The position numbers and the translations under genes are program-made. A DNA stretch of 64,000 nucleotides from Mycobacteriales bacterium (lineage in GTDB: Bacteria; Actinomycetota; Actinomycetes; Mycobacteriales; QHCA01). The stretch spans positions 40,101 through 104,100 of the forward strand of contig JBBRYN010000001.1 in NCBI GenBank assembly GCA_038237645.1, given 5' to 3'. Positions 18,427 through 32,655 of the stretch are shown here, piece by piece (the first letter of the stretch is position 1; every line of letters starts with the position of its first letter). Under the pieces are notes generated by a model, which made no database searches, was not told where the DNA came from, and saw only the letters and a list, made by a program, of their open reading frames with translations.

Positions 18427-19917
18427 TCAGCTGATGGCCGGCGTCTCGGCCCATCCCTTCGTGCGCTCCACCGCAACTCGCCATCGCTGGTGCTGGCCGT
18501 CGTCGCGAGCCCCCTGGCGAGGATCGAAGCGGCGGTCCAGCCGCCAGGTCTCCTTCAGCTCGTCGGTGGACGACCACACACCGGTGGCCAGGCCGGCCAG
18601 GAAAGCCGCCCCGAGCGCGGTCGTCTCGGTGACCTGCGGGCGGCGGACGGGCACGCCCAGCTGATCGGACTGCAGTTGGCAGAGCAGGTCGTTGGTGCTG
18701 GCCCCCCCGTCGACCGAGAGCTCACCGAGCGGCAGCCGAGCGTCTCCGGTCATCACGTCGACCACATCGCGCACCTCGAAGGCGATCGCCTCGAGCGTGG
18801 CCCGAGCGACATGGGCTCTCGTGGTGCCGCGGGTGATACCGAAGACGGCTCCGCGCGCCTGTGGGTCCCAGTCGGGCGCCCCCAGCCCGGTCAGCGCCGG
18901 GACGAACACCAGACCACCGGAGTCTGGCACGCTGCAAGCCAGCGCTTCCACCTCAGCTGCCTGGCCGATGATGCCCAACCCGTCGCGCAACCATTGCACC
19001 GCGGCGCCGGTGACGAAGATGGCGCCTTCCAGCGCGTATTTCGGCCCCGAGCCGAGGTCCCACGCCACCGTGGTCAGCAGCCCGTGCTGCGACCGGACGG
19101 CCCGATCCCCGGTGTTGACCAGCACGAACGACCCGGTGCCGTAGGTGCATTTCGACTGACCTTCGGCGAAGCATGCCTGGCCGAACAACGCGGCCTGCTG
19201 GTCGCCCGCGAGGCCGGCCAACGGGAGGTCGAGGCCGAGGAAGGCGGCCGGATCGGTGCGGCCGATTTCACCGGAGCTGGGCACCACCTTGGGGAGGGCC
19301 GCCATCGGCACGTCGAACAGCTCGCACAGCTCCGCCGACCAACCACCGGCGAAGGTGTCGTAGAGCAGGGTCCGACTGGCGTTCGACGGGTCGGTGACGT
19401 GCCGCACACCGCCGGTGAGCCGCGCCACGACATAAGAGTCGACGGTGCCGAGGCAGGTGTTGCCCGCGTGCACGCCTGCCCACGCCTGCTCGTCGTGCTG
19501 GGCCAACCAGGACAGCTTCGTGGCGGTGAAGTAGGGATCCAGGCGTAGCCCGGTGAGTTCGGTCACCCGCTCCTCATGACCCGCCGCCCGCCACTGCTGA
19601 CAGAGCGCGGCAGTGCGCCGGTCCTGCCACACGACGGCTCGCCGCGGTGCGGCCAGCGTTATGCGATCCCAGAGCACAGCTGTCTCACGTTGGTTGGTCA
19701 CTCCCACGCAGGTCGGTGCCTCTGCGCCGGCTTCGACCGCCTGCCGGCACGCCGAGAGCACCGCCTGCCAGATCTGCTCGGGCTCGTGCTCGACCCATCC
19801 GGGCCGTGGGAAATGCTGGGGAAACTCCTCGTAGCCCCGGGCGTGGACCGTGCCGTCCACGGCGACGAGAATCGCTGTCACGCCGGTGGTCCCGGCGTCG
19901 ATCGCCAGCACAGTCAT
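18427..19917 (-). CDS. glpK: Glycerol kinase
   Basis: FGGY kinase N-terminus AIDAGTTGV...HEPEQIW, typical of GlpK. 496 aa. Confidence 0.95.
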   Translation of the reverse strand: MTVLAIDAGTTGVTAILVAVDGTVHARGYEEFPQHFPRPGWVEHEPEQIWQAVLSACRQAVEAGAEAPTCVGVTNQRETAVLWDRITLAAPRRAVVWQDRRTAALCQQWRAAGHEERVTELTGLRLDPYFTATKLSWLAQHDEQAWAGVHAGNTCLGTVDSYVVARLTGGVRHVTDPSNASRTLLYDTFAGGWSAELCELFDVPMAALPKVVPSSGEIGRTDPAAFLGLDLPLAGLAGDQQAALFGQACFAEGQSKCTYGTGSFVLVNTGDRAVRSQHGLLTTVAWDLGSGPKYALEGAIFVTGAAVQWLRDGLGIIGQAAEVEALACSVPDSGGLVFVPALTGLGAPDWDPQARGAVFGITRGTTRAHVARATLEAIAFEVRDVVDVMTGDARLPLGELSVDGGASTNDLLCQLQSDQLGVPVRRPQVTETTALGAAFLAGLATGVWSSTDELKETWRLDRRFDPRQGARDDGQHQRWRVAVERTKGWAETPAIS

Positions 19918-20732
19918 CCGCCGACCGCCTCGCGCAACTTGTCGAGCACCAGCGGGTCGATGGCCCCGGGGAGTGCCCGCTCCTCATAGTTCTCCACTCC
20001 CATCCAGGTCTCCAGGTCCGGTTGGCCGAGGGCGTCGAGATGGCGGCGCACCTCGTCGGCGACCTCGCCTTGCAGGGGAAGGCTGCTGGCCGGGTCAGGT
20101 CTGCCGAAGTGCAACTCGTGCAGCGCCAGCAGCCGCACCAATTCGGTCACCGGCGCCGCGTGGTCGTCGACGCGGAGGTCCACCAGGACATCGCTGCCGC
20201 CGCCGTAGCCGCTACCCGGAGACACCACATAGACCGCCGCGCTCTGCCGCCCCCGGGCGTCACCACCGGCCTTGTCTCCGGCGGCGAGGGCCTCGATCAG
20301 CCGCGTTGCCAGCGGTGCGCCAGGATTGGCGGCCAGCCAGGTCTGCTCCATCTCCTGCGCGACCTCGGCACCGGTCAGGATGTTGCCCTGGCAGGCATAG
20401 CCGGGCCCGCCGCATCCACCGGCCCAGGCGTTGCAGTCGGCACCGGTGAAGGTGGCGCCGTCGCCGTCCGGCCCGACCACGCCGATCTGCCGGGTCTGGC
20501 GGCCTGGGTCGGCAGCGATCAGTCCGGCGATGACGTGTTCGGCGGGAACGCCGGTCCGCAACAGCGCAAGCGCCTGAGGCCGAAAGGCGAGGTTGGCCAA
20601 GGCCTGGGTCGCGACCGCCCCGACGCCCACTTCGGCGGCCGGGACGGCACTGCCGACGGCGAGGAACTTGCTGGCGACCGCCACGCCGTACGACTGCCCG
20701 TCCAGGCCGCGTGCCACGATGGAAAACGTCAT
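19914..20732 (-). CDS. DUF1028 family protein (Ntn-hydrolase-like)
   Basis: MTFSIVAR N-terminus characteristic of DUF1028. ATGA overlap with glpK start. Confidence 0.75.
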   Translation of the reverse strand: MTFSIVARGLDGQSYGVAVASKFLAVGSAVPAAEVGVGAVATQALANLAFRPQALALLRTGVPAEHVIAGLIAADPGRQTRQIGVVGPDGDGATFTGADCNAWAGGCGGPGYACQGNILTGAEVAQEMEQTWLAANPGAPLATRLIEALAAGDKAGGDARGRQSAAVYVVSPGSGYGGGSDVLVDLRVDDHAAPVTELVRLLALHELHFGRPDPASSLPLQGEVADEVRRHLDALGQPDLETWMGVENYEERALPGAIDPLVLDKLREAVGG

Positions 20733-20749
20733 GGCCGGACGATAGTGCG

Positions 20750-21829
20750 CTACCGGCCGGGCTCGAACCAGAATGGCCTGGCGGCGAACCGCAGCTCCTC
20801 GTGGTAGGGCGGATGGCGGCGCCCCCGGTCGTCGCGGTCGGCGGACTCGAGGACAGCCCGTATCGCGTGGCGGTCGCCGATCGCGGCGGGCCCAGCCTCC
20901 GCCCGGGCCACCGGAAGCGCCCGCTCAGGCCGGTCGGGTCGCCAGCGGACGAGCACGACCGAGGGCGCCGGTGCCGGCCACAGTCGCAAGGTGAGCCCGC
21001 GCCAGTCGAACCTGTCGGGCTCAGGCAGCGGTGTTGCGCCCATCCTGGTGAGGGAAGCCGCCGTGCCCCGGCCACGGAGGGGAGCGAGATGGAGGTCGAT
21101 GGAGGAAGGGCGAACCCTCCCGGGCGACCAGACCGCCCGGGCCGACGAGCCGGTCAAGGCGACCTTCGGGTAAGGCCAGTCGTGCGAGAGTTCCTCGAGC
21201 AGGGCTCGGAGAGCGTCGGGGGCAGGGCCGGCCAGCTGGACCGGCAGCCGATCGGCAAGCGGCACCCGCAGTCGAGCGAGCCGTCGGGCCAGCAACCGAT
21301 TGCTCGCCTGCCGGTCGGCCGCCAGCCAGGCCCGGATGGCCTGGTCGTCGGACGCAATCAGCTGCTCGTGCTGGGCCTGCTGCTTGGCGCGCTCCGCGCG
21401 CCGCGTCGCCCGCACCTCGCTCCGGCGTTCTCGCGCCGTGATCGGGGACCTGGACAGCCGCTCGGCGGCCTCCCGGGCCGCGGCATTCTCGCGTACCCGA
21501 CGTGCGCCGTCTGCCGAGTCGGCCCGCCGACGTGCAGACTTCCGACCGGCCAGCTCGCACGCCGCTGCGCGGCCCGGTGTCGCGCCGCATGTTGTCAACC
21601 GCAGCTCCCAGCGCAGGCCACAGAACCCCAGCAGCCGCTGGAGGAGGCCGACAGGCGGGTCGACCCGACGTGCTTCGATCCGGGCGATCAGCGACTGTGA
21701 CACAGTCGCGCGTCTGGCCAGGTCGCGTTGACTGAGTCGAGCCAGCCGGCGGCCGTGGCGTAACGCCGCTACGGCGTCGAGCCCGTCGACCTCCCGAGCG
21801 GCAGCCGATCGATGCAGCCCGTTCGCCAC
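20750..21829 (-). CDS. XRE-family HTH transcriptional regulator with long C-terminal domain
   Basis: HTH LSQRDLARRATVSQSLIARIE followed by an R/A-rich coiled segment and an uncharacterised C-terminal domain. Confidence 0.5.
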   Translation of the reverse strand: MANGLHRSAAAREVDGLDAVAALRHGRRLARLSQRDLARRATVSQSLIARIEARRVDPPVGLLQRLLGFCGLRWELRLTTCGATPGRAAACELAGRKSARRRADSADGARRVRENAAAREAAERLSRSPITARERRSEVRATRRAERAKQQAQHEQLIASDDQAIRAWLAADRQASNRLLARRLARLRVPLADRLPVQLAGPAPDALRALLEELSHDWPYPKVALTGSSARAVWSPGRVRPSSIDLHLAPLRGRGTAASLTRMGATPLPEPDRFDWRGLTLRLWPAPAPSVVLVRWRPDRPERALPVARAEAGPAAIGDRHAIRAVLESADRDDRGRRHPPYHEELRFAARPFWFEPGR

Positions 21830-21991
21830 GTACCGACCCTCCCGCTAGCCCGAATCGTCTGGATGAACCTATGGGGTGAGTCGCCGAGCGACTCACCCCA
21901 TAGGTTCATCTGTGGAAGGCGGCCCTGCTGTGGACGGCAAGCGAATCGTCCGCAGTCGCACGACTCGGCCGTGCATCTGGTCCGGTACGGT

Positions 21992-22510
21992 CGGTCGGTG
22001 GTGCGACGGGTCTTCTATGACTGCGAGTTCATCGAGGACGGACGAACCATCGACCTCGTGTCGATCGGCGCGGTCGATGAAGAGGGCCGAGAGTTCTACG
22101 CAGTCTCCACCGAATTCGACCCGAACAAGGCGATCCCCTGGGTACGGGACAACGTCCTGGAAAAGCTGCCACCGCCGGCTGATGCCAGGTGGCGATCCCT
22201 GGAGACCCTCTGCGCCGACTTGCTTTCCTTTCTCACCGAACCGGGCGAGGCTCTGGAGCTGTGGGCGTGGTACGCCGCCTACGACCATGTCGCGCTTTGC
22301 CAACTGTGGGGTGCGATGCCCGCATTGCCACGGGTGGTACCGAGATTCACCAAAGACCTCCGGCAGCGATGGGACGACCTCGGCCGGCCCGCGCTGCCGC
22401 CCGCGCCGTCGGATCAGCACGACTCGCTCGCCGACGCCCGGCACAACCTCGAGCGATGGCTGACAATGGAGGAGCATCGGGGGAGGCACGGTTGGGGCAA
22501 CGGCGAGTGA
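21992..22510 (+). CDS. Rv2179c-like 3'-5' exoribonuclease (DEDD family)
   Basis: FYDCEFIEDGRTIDLVSIG...ELWAWYAAYDHVALCQLWG closely parallels Mtb Rv2179c from recall. Likely GTG start near 21989/21992. The upstream extension in the track is an artefact. Confidence 0.75.
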   Translation, partial: RSVVRRVFYDCEFIEDGRTIDLVSIGAVDEEGREFYAVSTEFDPNKAIPWVRDNVLEKLPPPADARWRSLETLCADLLSFLTEPGEALELWAWYAAYDHVALCQLWGAMPALPRVVPRFTKDLRQRWDDLGRPALPPAPSDQHDSLADARHNLERWLTMEEHRGRHGWGNGE

Positions 22511-22527
22511 CTCGCTACCGTTTGCCC

Positions 22528-25922
<3,395 letters not shown>

Positions 25923-25926
<4 letters not shown>

Positions 25927-26945
25927 CTGTCCGGGTCTCCCCGGCCCAACAGCGGCGGGAGCTGTCGGACCGCGGTCGCCAGCTCGGCCAGCGTCTCGCC
26001 GTGCAGGGCCTGCGGGCCATCGCAGCGCGCCTGCTCCGGGTGGGCATGCACGTCGACCATGACACCGTCGGCCCCCGCCGCGATGGCGGCCCGGGCCAGA
26101 GGCACGACCAGGTCGAGCCGGCCGGCGGCATGCGACGGGTCGACGATCACCGGCAGATGGGATAAGCCATGCACCATCGGAACGGCCGAGATGTCGAGCA
26201 TGTTGCGGATGCTGGTCTCGAACCCGCGCACCCCCCGCTCGCACAGCACGATGTCGAGGTTGCCGCGCTGGGCGACGTATTCCGCCGCCATTAACCACTC
26301 TTCGTAGGTCGCGGTGAGCCCTCGCTTCAGCAGGACCGGTTTGCCTACCGAGCCGACAGCTTGCAGCAGCCCGAAGTTCTGCATGTTGCGGGTGCCGATC
26401 TGCAACATGTCGGCGTACTCGGCGACCGCGGTGACGTCGGTGGCGTCGACGATCTCGGTCACCACGGGTAGGCCGGTCGCCTGGCTCACCTCCGCCAGGA
26501 TCTTCAGTCCTTCGACGCCCAGGCCCTGAAAGGCGTAGGGCGAGGTCCGAGGCTTGAAGGCTCCGCCGCGCAGCAGCCGGGCTCCAGCGCCCTTTGCCAG
26601 CTCGGCCGCCTCGTGGGTCTGCTCAAGGGACTCCACGGCGCAGGGACCGGCGATCAACGTGAAGGTGTCGGGGCCGATGGGAACTCCGCCGACATGCACC
26701 GTGCTTGTGTGCGGGTGGTTCTCGCGGCTCACCAGCTTGTACGGGGCGGTGATCCGGACGATGTCGGCCACGCCGGGCATCGTCAGCCCGTCGAGTGCCT
26801 CAAGCACTTCCTCGCCGGCGACGACGCCGATGATCGTGCGGCTCACCCCGCGGGAGACGAAGGCACTCCCGCCCGCCTTACGCACCGCGAGGACGACCTC
26901 GTCGAGGGCGCCTTCGCCGGCGCCGGGCTGCATGATGATGACCAT
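25923..26945 (-). CDS. DAHP synthase class I-beta (AroF/KDO8PS-like core with N-terminal regulatory domain)
   Basis: 340 aa. A regulatory N-domain (~70 aa) precedes a TIM-barrel core with motifs GPCAVE, KPRTSPY and VDPSH. Confidence 0.85.
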
Positions 26946-26976
26946 TGCGACGATCCTCGCACGGAGGCGATGCCGG

Positions 26977-28806
26977 CTAGCCGACGAGCCTGACGGTGCT
27001 GCCCTTCGGTGCTTGTTCCCCGCCGCCCGGTGTCTGTGACTGCACCCGGTCGCCGAAGAGGATCGGGAAAACCTGCACGTCGAATCCGGCGTGCTTCAAC
27101 ACGCGCCGGGCGGCAGGGATCTTCATCCCGACCACATCTGGGACGTCGACGAGCGGGGGGCCGTCGGACACCGTGAGCGTCACGATCGAGCCTGGTGCCG
27201 CCTCCCCGCGGGACGGGTTCTGGGAGATCACGGCGTCCTTGGGAACCGTCTCGTTGTAGGTGCGTTTGATCTGAACCTCGAAGCCGAGCGTGACCAGCTG
27301 GGCCTCGGCATCTCCCACGTCATCGCCGATCAGGTTGGGCACGATAACCGGTGGCGGACCTGTGCTGACCGTGAGGATCACGGTTGTGGCAGGGCGGACC
27401 AGCTGTCCCGCCCGGAGGGACTGGGAGATGACCTGCCCCGTGGGCACCGTGTCGTCGTGGCGTGTCGTGACTTGTGGAGTCAGCTTGGCGGCCCGCAGCT
27501 TGGCCTCTGCTGCCCGCCGCTCCTCGCCGCGGACGTCCGGCACCGCATGGCGTTCCTTGCCGCGCGACAGGACGAGGGTGATCGTGCCGCCCTTGCGGAT
27601 CCGGTGGGAGCTGGCGGGACTCTGGGAGATCACCGATCCGGTCGGCACAATCTCGCTGTAGGCCCTCGATCCGACGGCGGTCCGCAGCCCGGACTTCACG
27701 GCCGTAGCCTGCGCCTGGGCGCTGGTCAATCCGACCAGCAGAGGTGCGACCGTATAGCGCCCGGTGCCGAGCCACCATCCGGTGCCCGCCATCAACGCTC
27801 CCAGCAATATGATCGCCACGACGGCGATCGGCATCCGCCGCGAGCGAGGTGGCCAGTCGTCCACCGGCACGTGCTGGGCGGGTCCCTGCAGGGGCACGGC
27901 GACAGTGGCGCTGGCTGGCGCTCCCGTGCGAGCTCCGGCCGGTAGGGCGACCGTGTGCAGCCCGAGGTCGTCGCGCACGTCACGCAACTCGGCGAGGAAC
28001 GCTCCCGCGTCGACCGGCCGCGCGCCGGGGTCGCGTCGGGTCGCGCGCACCACGAGAGCGTCGAGGGCGGGCGGGACGGCGACCCGCGTGGAGGGTGGCG
28101 GGACATCCTCGTGCACATGCCGGTAGGCCACGGAGACAGCGCTCTCGCCGGTGTACGGAACGCTGCCGGTCAGCATCTCGAAGAGCAGGACCCCGGCGGC
28201 GTAGACGTCCGTCCGCTCGTCGGCGGCGCCGCGGGCGACCTGCTCCGGAGCTACGTAAGCGGCCGTCCCGATGAGAACCCCGGCGGTGGAGGTGTGGGTG
28301 GCAGCTTCCACGGCCCGGGCAAGGCCGAAATCTGCGACCTTGACCGAGCCGTCGTCGCCGAGCAGCACGTTTTCCGGTTTGACGTCGCGGTGCACCAGCC
28401 CCGCCCGGTGAGCGGCGGCGAGCGCCACGAGCACCGGCCCGAGCACGGAGACGGCCTGTGCGGGGGAGAGCCTGCCCCGCTCGTGCAGCAGGTCACGCAG
28501 GTTGCGACCCGGCACGAGCTCCATCACGAGGAATGCCAGGCCGTCATGCGAGCCCTGGTCGAAGACACTGACGACGTGCCCGGAGCTCAGCCGCGCCGCC
28601 GCCTTGGCCTCTGCGGTGAAGCGAGCCAGGAACTGCGTGTCCTCGGCCAGTCCGGGGTGCATGACCTTGACAGCGACCACCCGGTCGAGGCGCTTGTCAA
28701 GGGCGCGGTAGACCGTCGCCATCCCGCCCCGGGCGATCCGCGCGTCGATCCGGTATCGCCCCTCGAGTAGCTTGCCGACGAGGGGGTCGGCCAGCGTCGT
28801 GTCCAC
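26977..28806 (-). CDS. Ser/Thr protein kinase with extracellular PASTA repeats (PknB/PknL-like)
   Basis: Kinase subdomains GGMATVY, HRDVKPEN, DFGLA and APE. Single TM. Three to four PASTA-like repeats in the C-terminal half. Sits next to an Rv2175c-like gene, as pknL does in Mtb. Confidence 0.9.
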   Translation of the reverse strand: MDTTLADPLVGKLLEGRYRIDARIARGGMATVYRALDKRLDRVVAVKVMHPGLAEDTQFLARFTAEAKAAARLSSGHVVSVFDQGSHDGLAFLVMELVPGRNLRDLLHERGRLSPAQAVSVLGPVLVALAAAHRAGLVHRDVKPENVLLGDDGSVKVADFGLARAVEAATHTSTAGVLIGTAAYVAPEQVARGAADERTDVYAAGVLLFEMLTGSVPYTGESAVSVAYRHVHEDVPPPSTRVAVPPALDALVVRATRRDPGARPVDAGAFLAELRDVRDDLGLHTVALPAGARTGAPASATVAVPLQGPAQHVPVDDWPPRSRRMPIAVVAIILLGALMAGTGWWLGTGRYTVAPLLVGLTSAQAQATAVKSGLRTAVGSRAYSEIVPTGSVISQSPASSHRIRKGGTITLVLSRGKERHAVPDVRGEERRAAEAKLRAAKLTPQVTTRHDDTVPTGQVISQSLRAGQLVRPATTVILTVSTGPPPVIVPNLIGDDVGDAEAQLVTLGFEVQIKRTYNETVPKDAVISQNPSRGEAAPGSIVTLTVSDGPPLVDVPDVVGMKIPAARRVLKHAGFDVQVFPILFGDRVQSQTPGGGEQAPKGSTVRLVG

Positions 28807-28849
28807 GGCGAACAGTCTACGTACGGCCGGCCCTGCATACGCTGTGCCA

Positions 28850-30409
28850 ATGACCCGAGTCGCGCTGGTGTCCGATCTGCCCGCGGCGAGCGCGGTGGCC
28901 GATTACCTCCGCCGATGCGGATTGGCTGTCGACGACCGGGTGGCCGGAGCCGACGCCCTCGTCGTGTTGGCCGAGCACCCCGATCCTGCCCTGCTCGACC
29001 TGGCGGGAGCCGGCCTGCCCACGATGCTGGCCGGGCCGACCGTCCACTCCTGGCGGCTGTCGACCGGGATCGACCAAGCGCTCGGACTGCTGCCCGGGCG
29101 CCTGACGCCGGCACACGAGGTCCGGCTGCGGCCGGGGATGGCCGCGGGCACGCTCGCCGACCGCCTGGACGACGGCGCCGTGCTGCTCAACGACCGGGTG
29201 CTCACCGTCGACAAGGTCAGCGACGACACGGCGGTGCTCCTGACGGCCAGCGTGGGCTTTGCCGAGCAGCCGATCGCAACTCTGCGTGGCTCGATAGTCA
29301 CGCTGACGCTGGGCTGGACGCCGCAGACCCTCACCGACCCGACCTACTGCCGGCTGGTGCACCGGCTCCTGCGCTTGGTGCTCGGCCATACCGACCGGTC
29401 TCCGGTGGGCGTCGGGCTGTTGGGCTACGGGGCCATCGGGACCGAACACACCACTGCCGTCACGGCCGTCGCCGGGCTGGAGCTTGCCGCGGTCTGCGAC
29501 GGTAACCCACTGCGGTTGGACGCGGCACGGACGGCGAGCCCGCAGGCTCGCGCCTATTCCGCTGCCGAGGACCTGCTCGCTGACCCTGGCGTCGGCCTGG
29601 TGGTCGTGTCGACACCGCCCAACACCCACGCCGACTGGGCGTTGCGCGCCCTCGACGCGGGCAAGTCCGTCGTCGTGGAGAAACCCTTCTGCCTGACCGT
29701 CGCCGAGGCCGACGCTCTGATCGGGGCTGCCGCCGAAGCGAACCTGACGCTGGCGGTCTACCAGAACCGGCGGTGGGACGCTGACTTCCTGGCCCTCAAG
29801 CGGGCCTGGCGCTCCGGAATGCTCGGCGAAGTATTCCACTACGAGTCCTTCGTCGGCGGCTACGGCCATCCCTGCAACTTCTGGCACTCCCACGAGCCCG
29901 TCTCCGGCGGCGCGATCTACGACTGGGGCTCGCACTACCTCGACTGGGCGCTCGACCTGCTGCCGCAAGCGGTCGAGTGGGTGTCCGCCACGGCGCACAA
30001 GCGGGTGTGGCACGACGTCACCAACGCCGACCACACCCGATTGCTCATCCACTTCGCCGACGGGGTCGAAGCCGAATTCACCCATTCCGACCTCGCGGCA
30101 GCGGCCAAGCCGAAGTGGTATGTGCTCGGCACCCGCGGGGCACTCGTCGGCTCCTGGCGCAGCGATCAGGCGGTGCCGGCCGACCACCCCGCGGTGCTCG
30201 ACGCATATGCCGCCGACGGGTCGGTCACCCGGCTAGCGGTGCCACCGAGCCCGCGGCATGCCTTCCACCGCGAGCTCGCCGACCACCTGCTCGCCGGAGC
30301 GCCGATGTCGGTGACGCCGCTCGGATCGCGGCGCAACGTGGCGGTCATGGAGGCCGCCACCAGATCGGTTCGGCACGGCGGTCGACCCGAGTCGCTGCCC
30401 GGCTCATGA
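28850..30409 (+). CDS. Gfo/Idh/MocA family oxidoreductase with ~190-aa N-terminal extension
   Basis: Rossmann GLLGYGAIG, EKP motif and C-terminal dimerisation domain. ATG 28850 is the first start clear of the kinase gene. Confidence 0.8.
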   Translation: MTRVALVSDLPAASAVADYLRRCGLAVDDRVAGADALVVLAEHPDPALLDLAGAGLPTMLAGPTVHSWRLSTGIDQALGLLPGRLTPAHEVRLRPGMAAGTLADRLDDGAVLLNDRVLTVDKVSDDTAVLLTASVGFAEQPIATLRGSIVTLTLGWTPQTLTDPTYCRLVHRLLRLVLGHTDRSPVGVGLLGYGAIGTEHTTAVTAVAGLELAAVCDGNPLRLDAARTASPQARAYSAAEDLLADPGVGLVVVSTPPNTHADWALRALDAGKSVVVEKPFCLTVAEADALIGAAAEANLTLAVYQNRRWDADFLALKRAWRSGMLGEVFHYESFVGGYGHPCNFWHSHEPVSGGAIYDWGSHYLDWALDLLPQAVEWVSATAHKRVWHDVTNADHTRLLIHFADGVEAEFTHSDLAAAAKPKWYVLGTRGALVGSWRSDQAVPADHPAVLDAYAADGSVTRLAVPPSPRHAFHRELADHLLAGAPMSVTPLGSRRNVAVMEAATRSVRHGGRPESLPGS

Positions 30410-31383
30410 TCCGCTGGGGTTTCCTCGGCGCCGGCAACATCGCCCGGACGGCGCTGGCCCCCGCCGTCCACGCTGCCTCAGGCGCCGTGCTGCAGGCTGC
30501 CGCAGCGCGGGATCCCGATCGGGCCGCGGCACTCGAGCCGGCCGGTGCGGCATATTCCTCGTACGACGACCTGCTGGCCGACCAGGACGTCGATGCCGTC
30601 TACATCTCCCTTTCCAACGATGCCCACCTGCCCTGGACGCTGCGGGCGGTGGCCGCGGGCAAGGCGGTGCTCTGCGAGAAGCCACTTGGCCTGTCCGCGG
30701 CGGAGGTCGACGAGATCGCGGCCGCGGGCGGCACCGTGGTCGAGGCGTCGTGGTATCGCTGGCATCCGCGGGTCCGGCTGGCCCAGCAACTGCTGGCCGA
30801 GGCAGCGATCGGGTCTGTTCGCCATGTCTGCGCCGGGTTCACCTTCAGCGGGGTGGCGGCAGACAACTACCGGCTCGACCCACGGCGGGGGGGTGGCGCG
30901 GCATACGACGTCGGCTGCTACGCGGTCTCGGCGGCACTGTGGGCCTTCGCTGGCCGGCCGCCGCAGGAGGTCGTGGCCAGCGCCCGCTGGTCGCAGACCC
31001 GTGTCGACCTGTCGATGGAACTGGCGGTGAGCTGGCCCGACGGAGGCACCGCCGAGATCCGCGCCGCAATCGAGGAGCCCGAACGTCAGTGGCTCGCGTT
31101 TGCCGGCGACGACGGCGAGATCGAGCTTCCCGGTCAGCCGTACACCAGCATGGCGGGCCAGGACACCGAGCTGAGCGTCTCCGATGGCCGTGACACCCGG
31201 CGGCTGACCGTGGCAGGAGCCAATGCCTATCAGTTGATGGTCGAGGAGGTGTCGTCGGTGCTCGAAGGTGGCCCCGGTTGGCTGCTGCCGCTGGCCGAGT
31301 CGCGGGGCTGCGCCGCCGTGCTCGACGCCGGCTTCACCAGCGCCCGGGCGGGCGGCGCGCCGACCGCCGTCGTCAGCCCTTGA
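30406..31383 (+). CDS. Gfo/Idh/MocA family oxidoreductase
   Basis: MIRWGFLGAGNIA Rossmann motif and CEKP motif. ATGA overlap with the previous gene. Confidence 0.85.
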   Translation: MIRWGFLGAGNIARTALAPAVHAASGAVLQAAAARDPDRAAALEPAGAAYSSYDDLLADQDVDAVYISLSNDAHLPWTLRAVAAGKAVLCEKPLGLSAAEVDEIAAAGGTVVEASWYRWHPRVRLAQQLLAEAAIGSVRHVCAGFTFSGVAADNYRLDPRRGGGAAYDVGCYAVSAALWAFAGRPPQEVVASARWSQTRVDLSMELAVSWPDGGTAEIRAAIEEPERQWLAFAGDDGEIELPGQPYTSMAGQDTELSVSDGRDTRRLTVAGANAYQLMVEEVSSVLEGGPGWLLPLAESRGCAAVLDAGFTSARAGGAPTAVVSP

Positions 31384-32632
31384 CGACAGTAGCCGGCGCA
31401 GGCGTGCCCTGCCCGTTTGCCAGCGCCTTGGTGTTCTTCAGCGCGTCCAGGATCGCCATGCCCTGGGCCACAAGGCCGGCGGCCACCTGATTCACCCCGT
31501 CCGTCCCGTTGAGGATGGTCAGGTTGGACTTGGCGATGCCGGCGGCCGCGGCTTCGACGAGTTGCGGCAGGACCTCGACCAGGTGTGCCGCGGCGATCAA
31601 CTCCTGGTTGCCGTCCTCGAGCGACTTCGCCCGGGCGGAGTTCGCCTGCGCCTCGGCCTCGGCCATGACCCGCTCGGCGTAGGCGCTGCCGTCCGCTCGG
31701 GCCTTCTCGGCCTCGGCCTCCGCGGTGGCAACCGTGGTCTTGTGGTAGGCCTCGGCCTCCGCCTCGAACTTCGCCTGGTCGCGCTGCGACTCGGCCAGGG
31801 TCCGCTGCTTGTAGGCCTGGGCGTCGGCCGGCCGGCGAACGTCGGCTTCCAGGCGCTGTGCTGCCAGGTCGGCCTGCAGCCGGGCCAGCGCCGTCTGCTG
31901 CTCGATCACCTCTTGGGAGGCCCGTGCCTCCGCCAGCGGACCGGCCTGGCTCGCTCTCGCCTTGGCCTGCTCCGTCTCGGCGTGGAAACCGGCCCGCTTG
32001 ATCTCCGTGTCCCGCTCGTACTCGGCCTTGAGCGCGTATGCCTGCATCTCCTTCTGTGCGGCCTCCTGGTCGGCCCTTGCCGCCGCGATCCGAGCCTGAC
32101 TTGCCACGGCGGCGGCGTGCGGCGCTGCCAGGTTGTTTATGTAGCCGGACGCGTCCTCGATCTCCTGGATCTGCAAGGCGTCGACCACCATGCCCAGCTT
32201 CTCCATCTCTGCGTGGCTGCCGTCCTTGACCTCCTGGGCAACCCGATCGCGTTCCCGGATGAGCTGTTCGACCGTGAGCGCACCCACGATGGAGCGGAGG
32301 TGGCCGGCGAAGACCCGGCCCACCAGTTCTTCGATCCGATCCTGTTCGGAGAGGAACCGGCGGGCCGCGTTGGCGATGGACACCGGATCGTCACCGACCT
32401 TGAACACCGTCACTGCCCGGACCCTGAGCCGGATGCCCTGCTGGGTGACGCAGTCCTCCACGATCTCCGCCTCGCGCAGCGCCAGCGACAGCACCCGGGC
32501 CTTCTGCTTGACCGGCAGCACGAAGCTGCCGTGGCCGGTGACGATCCGGAACTGGGTGTCGAGGGACCGGCCCTTGGACCCGGAGATGAGCAGTGCCTCG
32601 TTGGGCGCGGGAACGTGCCAGAAGAACATCGA
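31373..32632 (-). CDS. Flotillin / SPFH (band 7) domain protein
   Basis: SPFH domain followed by a long E/A/Q-rich coiled-coil typical of flotillin. Likely ATG start at 32632 (MFFWHVP...). Confidence 0.85.
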   Translation of the reverse strand, partial: SMFFWHVPAPNEALLISGSKGRSLDTQFRIVTGHGSFVLPVKQKARVLSLALREAEIVEDCVTQQGIRLRVRAVTVFKVGDDPVSIANAARRFLSEQDRIEELVGRVFAGHLRSIVGALTVEQLIRERDRVAQEVKDGSHAEMEKLGMVVDALQIQEIEDASGYINNLAAPHAAAVASQARIAAARADQEAAQKEMQAYALKAEYERDTEIKRAGFHAETEQAKARASQAGPLAEARASQEVIEQQTALARLQADLAAQRLEADVRRPADAQAYKQRTLAESQRDQAKFEAEAEAYHKTTVATAEAEAEKARADGSAYAERVMAEAEAQANSARAKSLEDGNQELIAAAHLVEVLPQLVEAAAAGIAKSNLTILNGTDGVNQVAAGLVAQGMAILDALKNTKALANGQGTPAPATVVKG

Positions 32633-32655
32633 AGACTCCAGTCGCGGCGGACGGC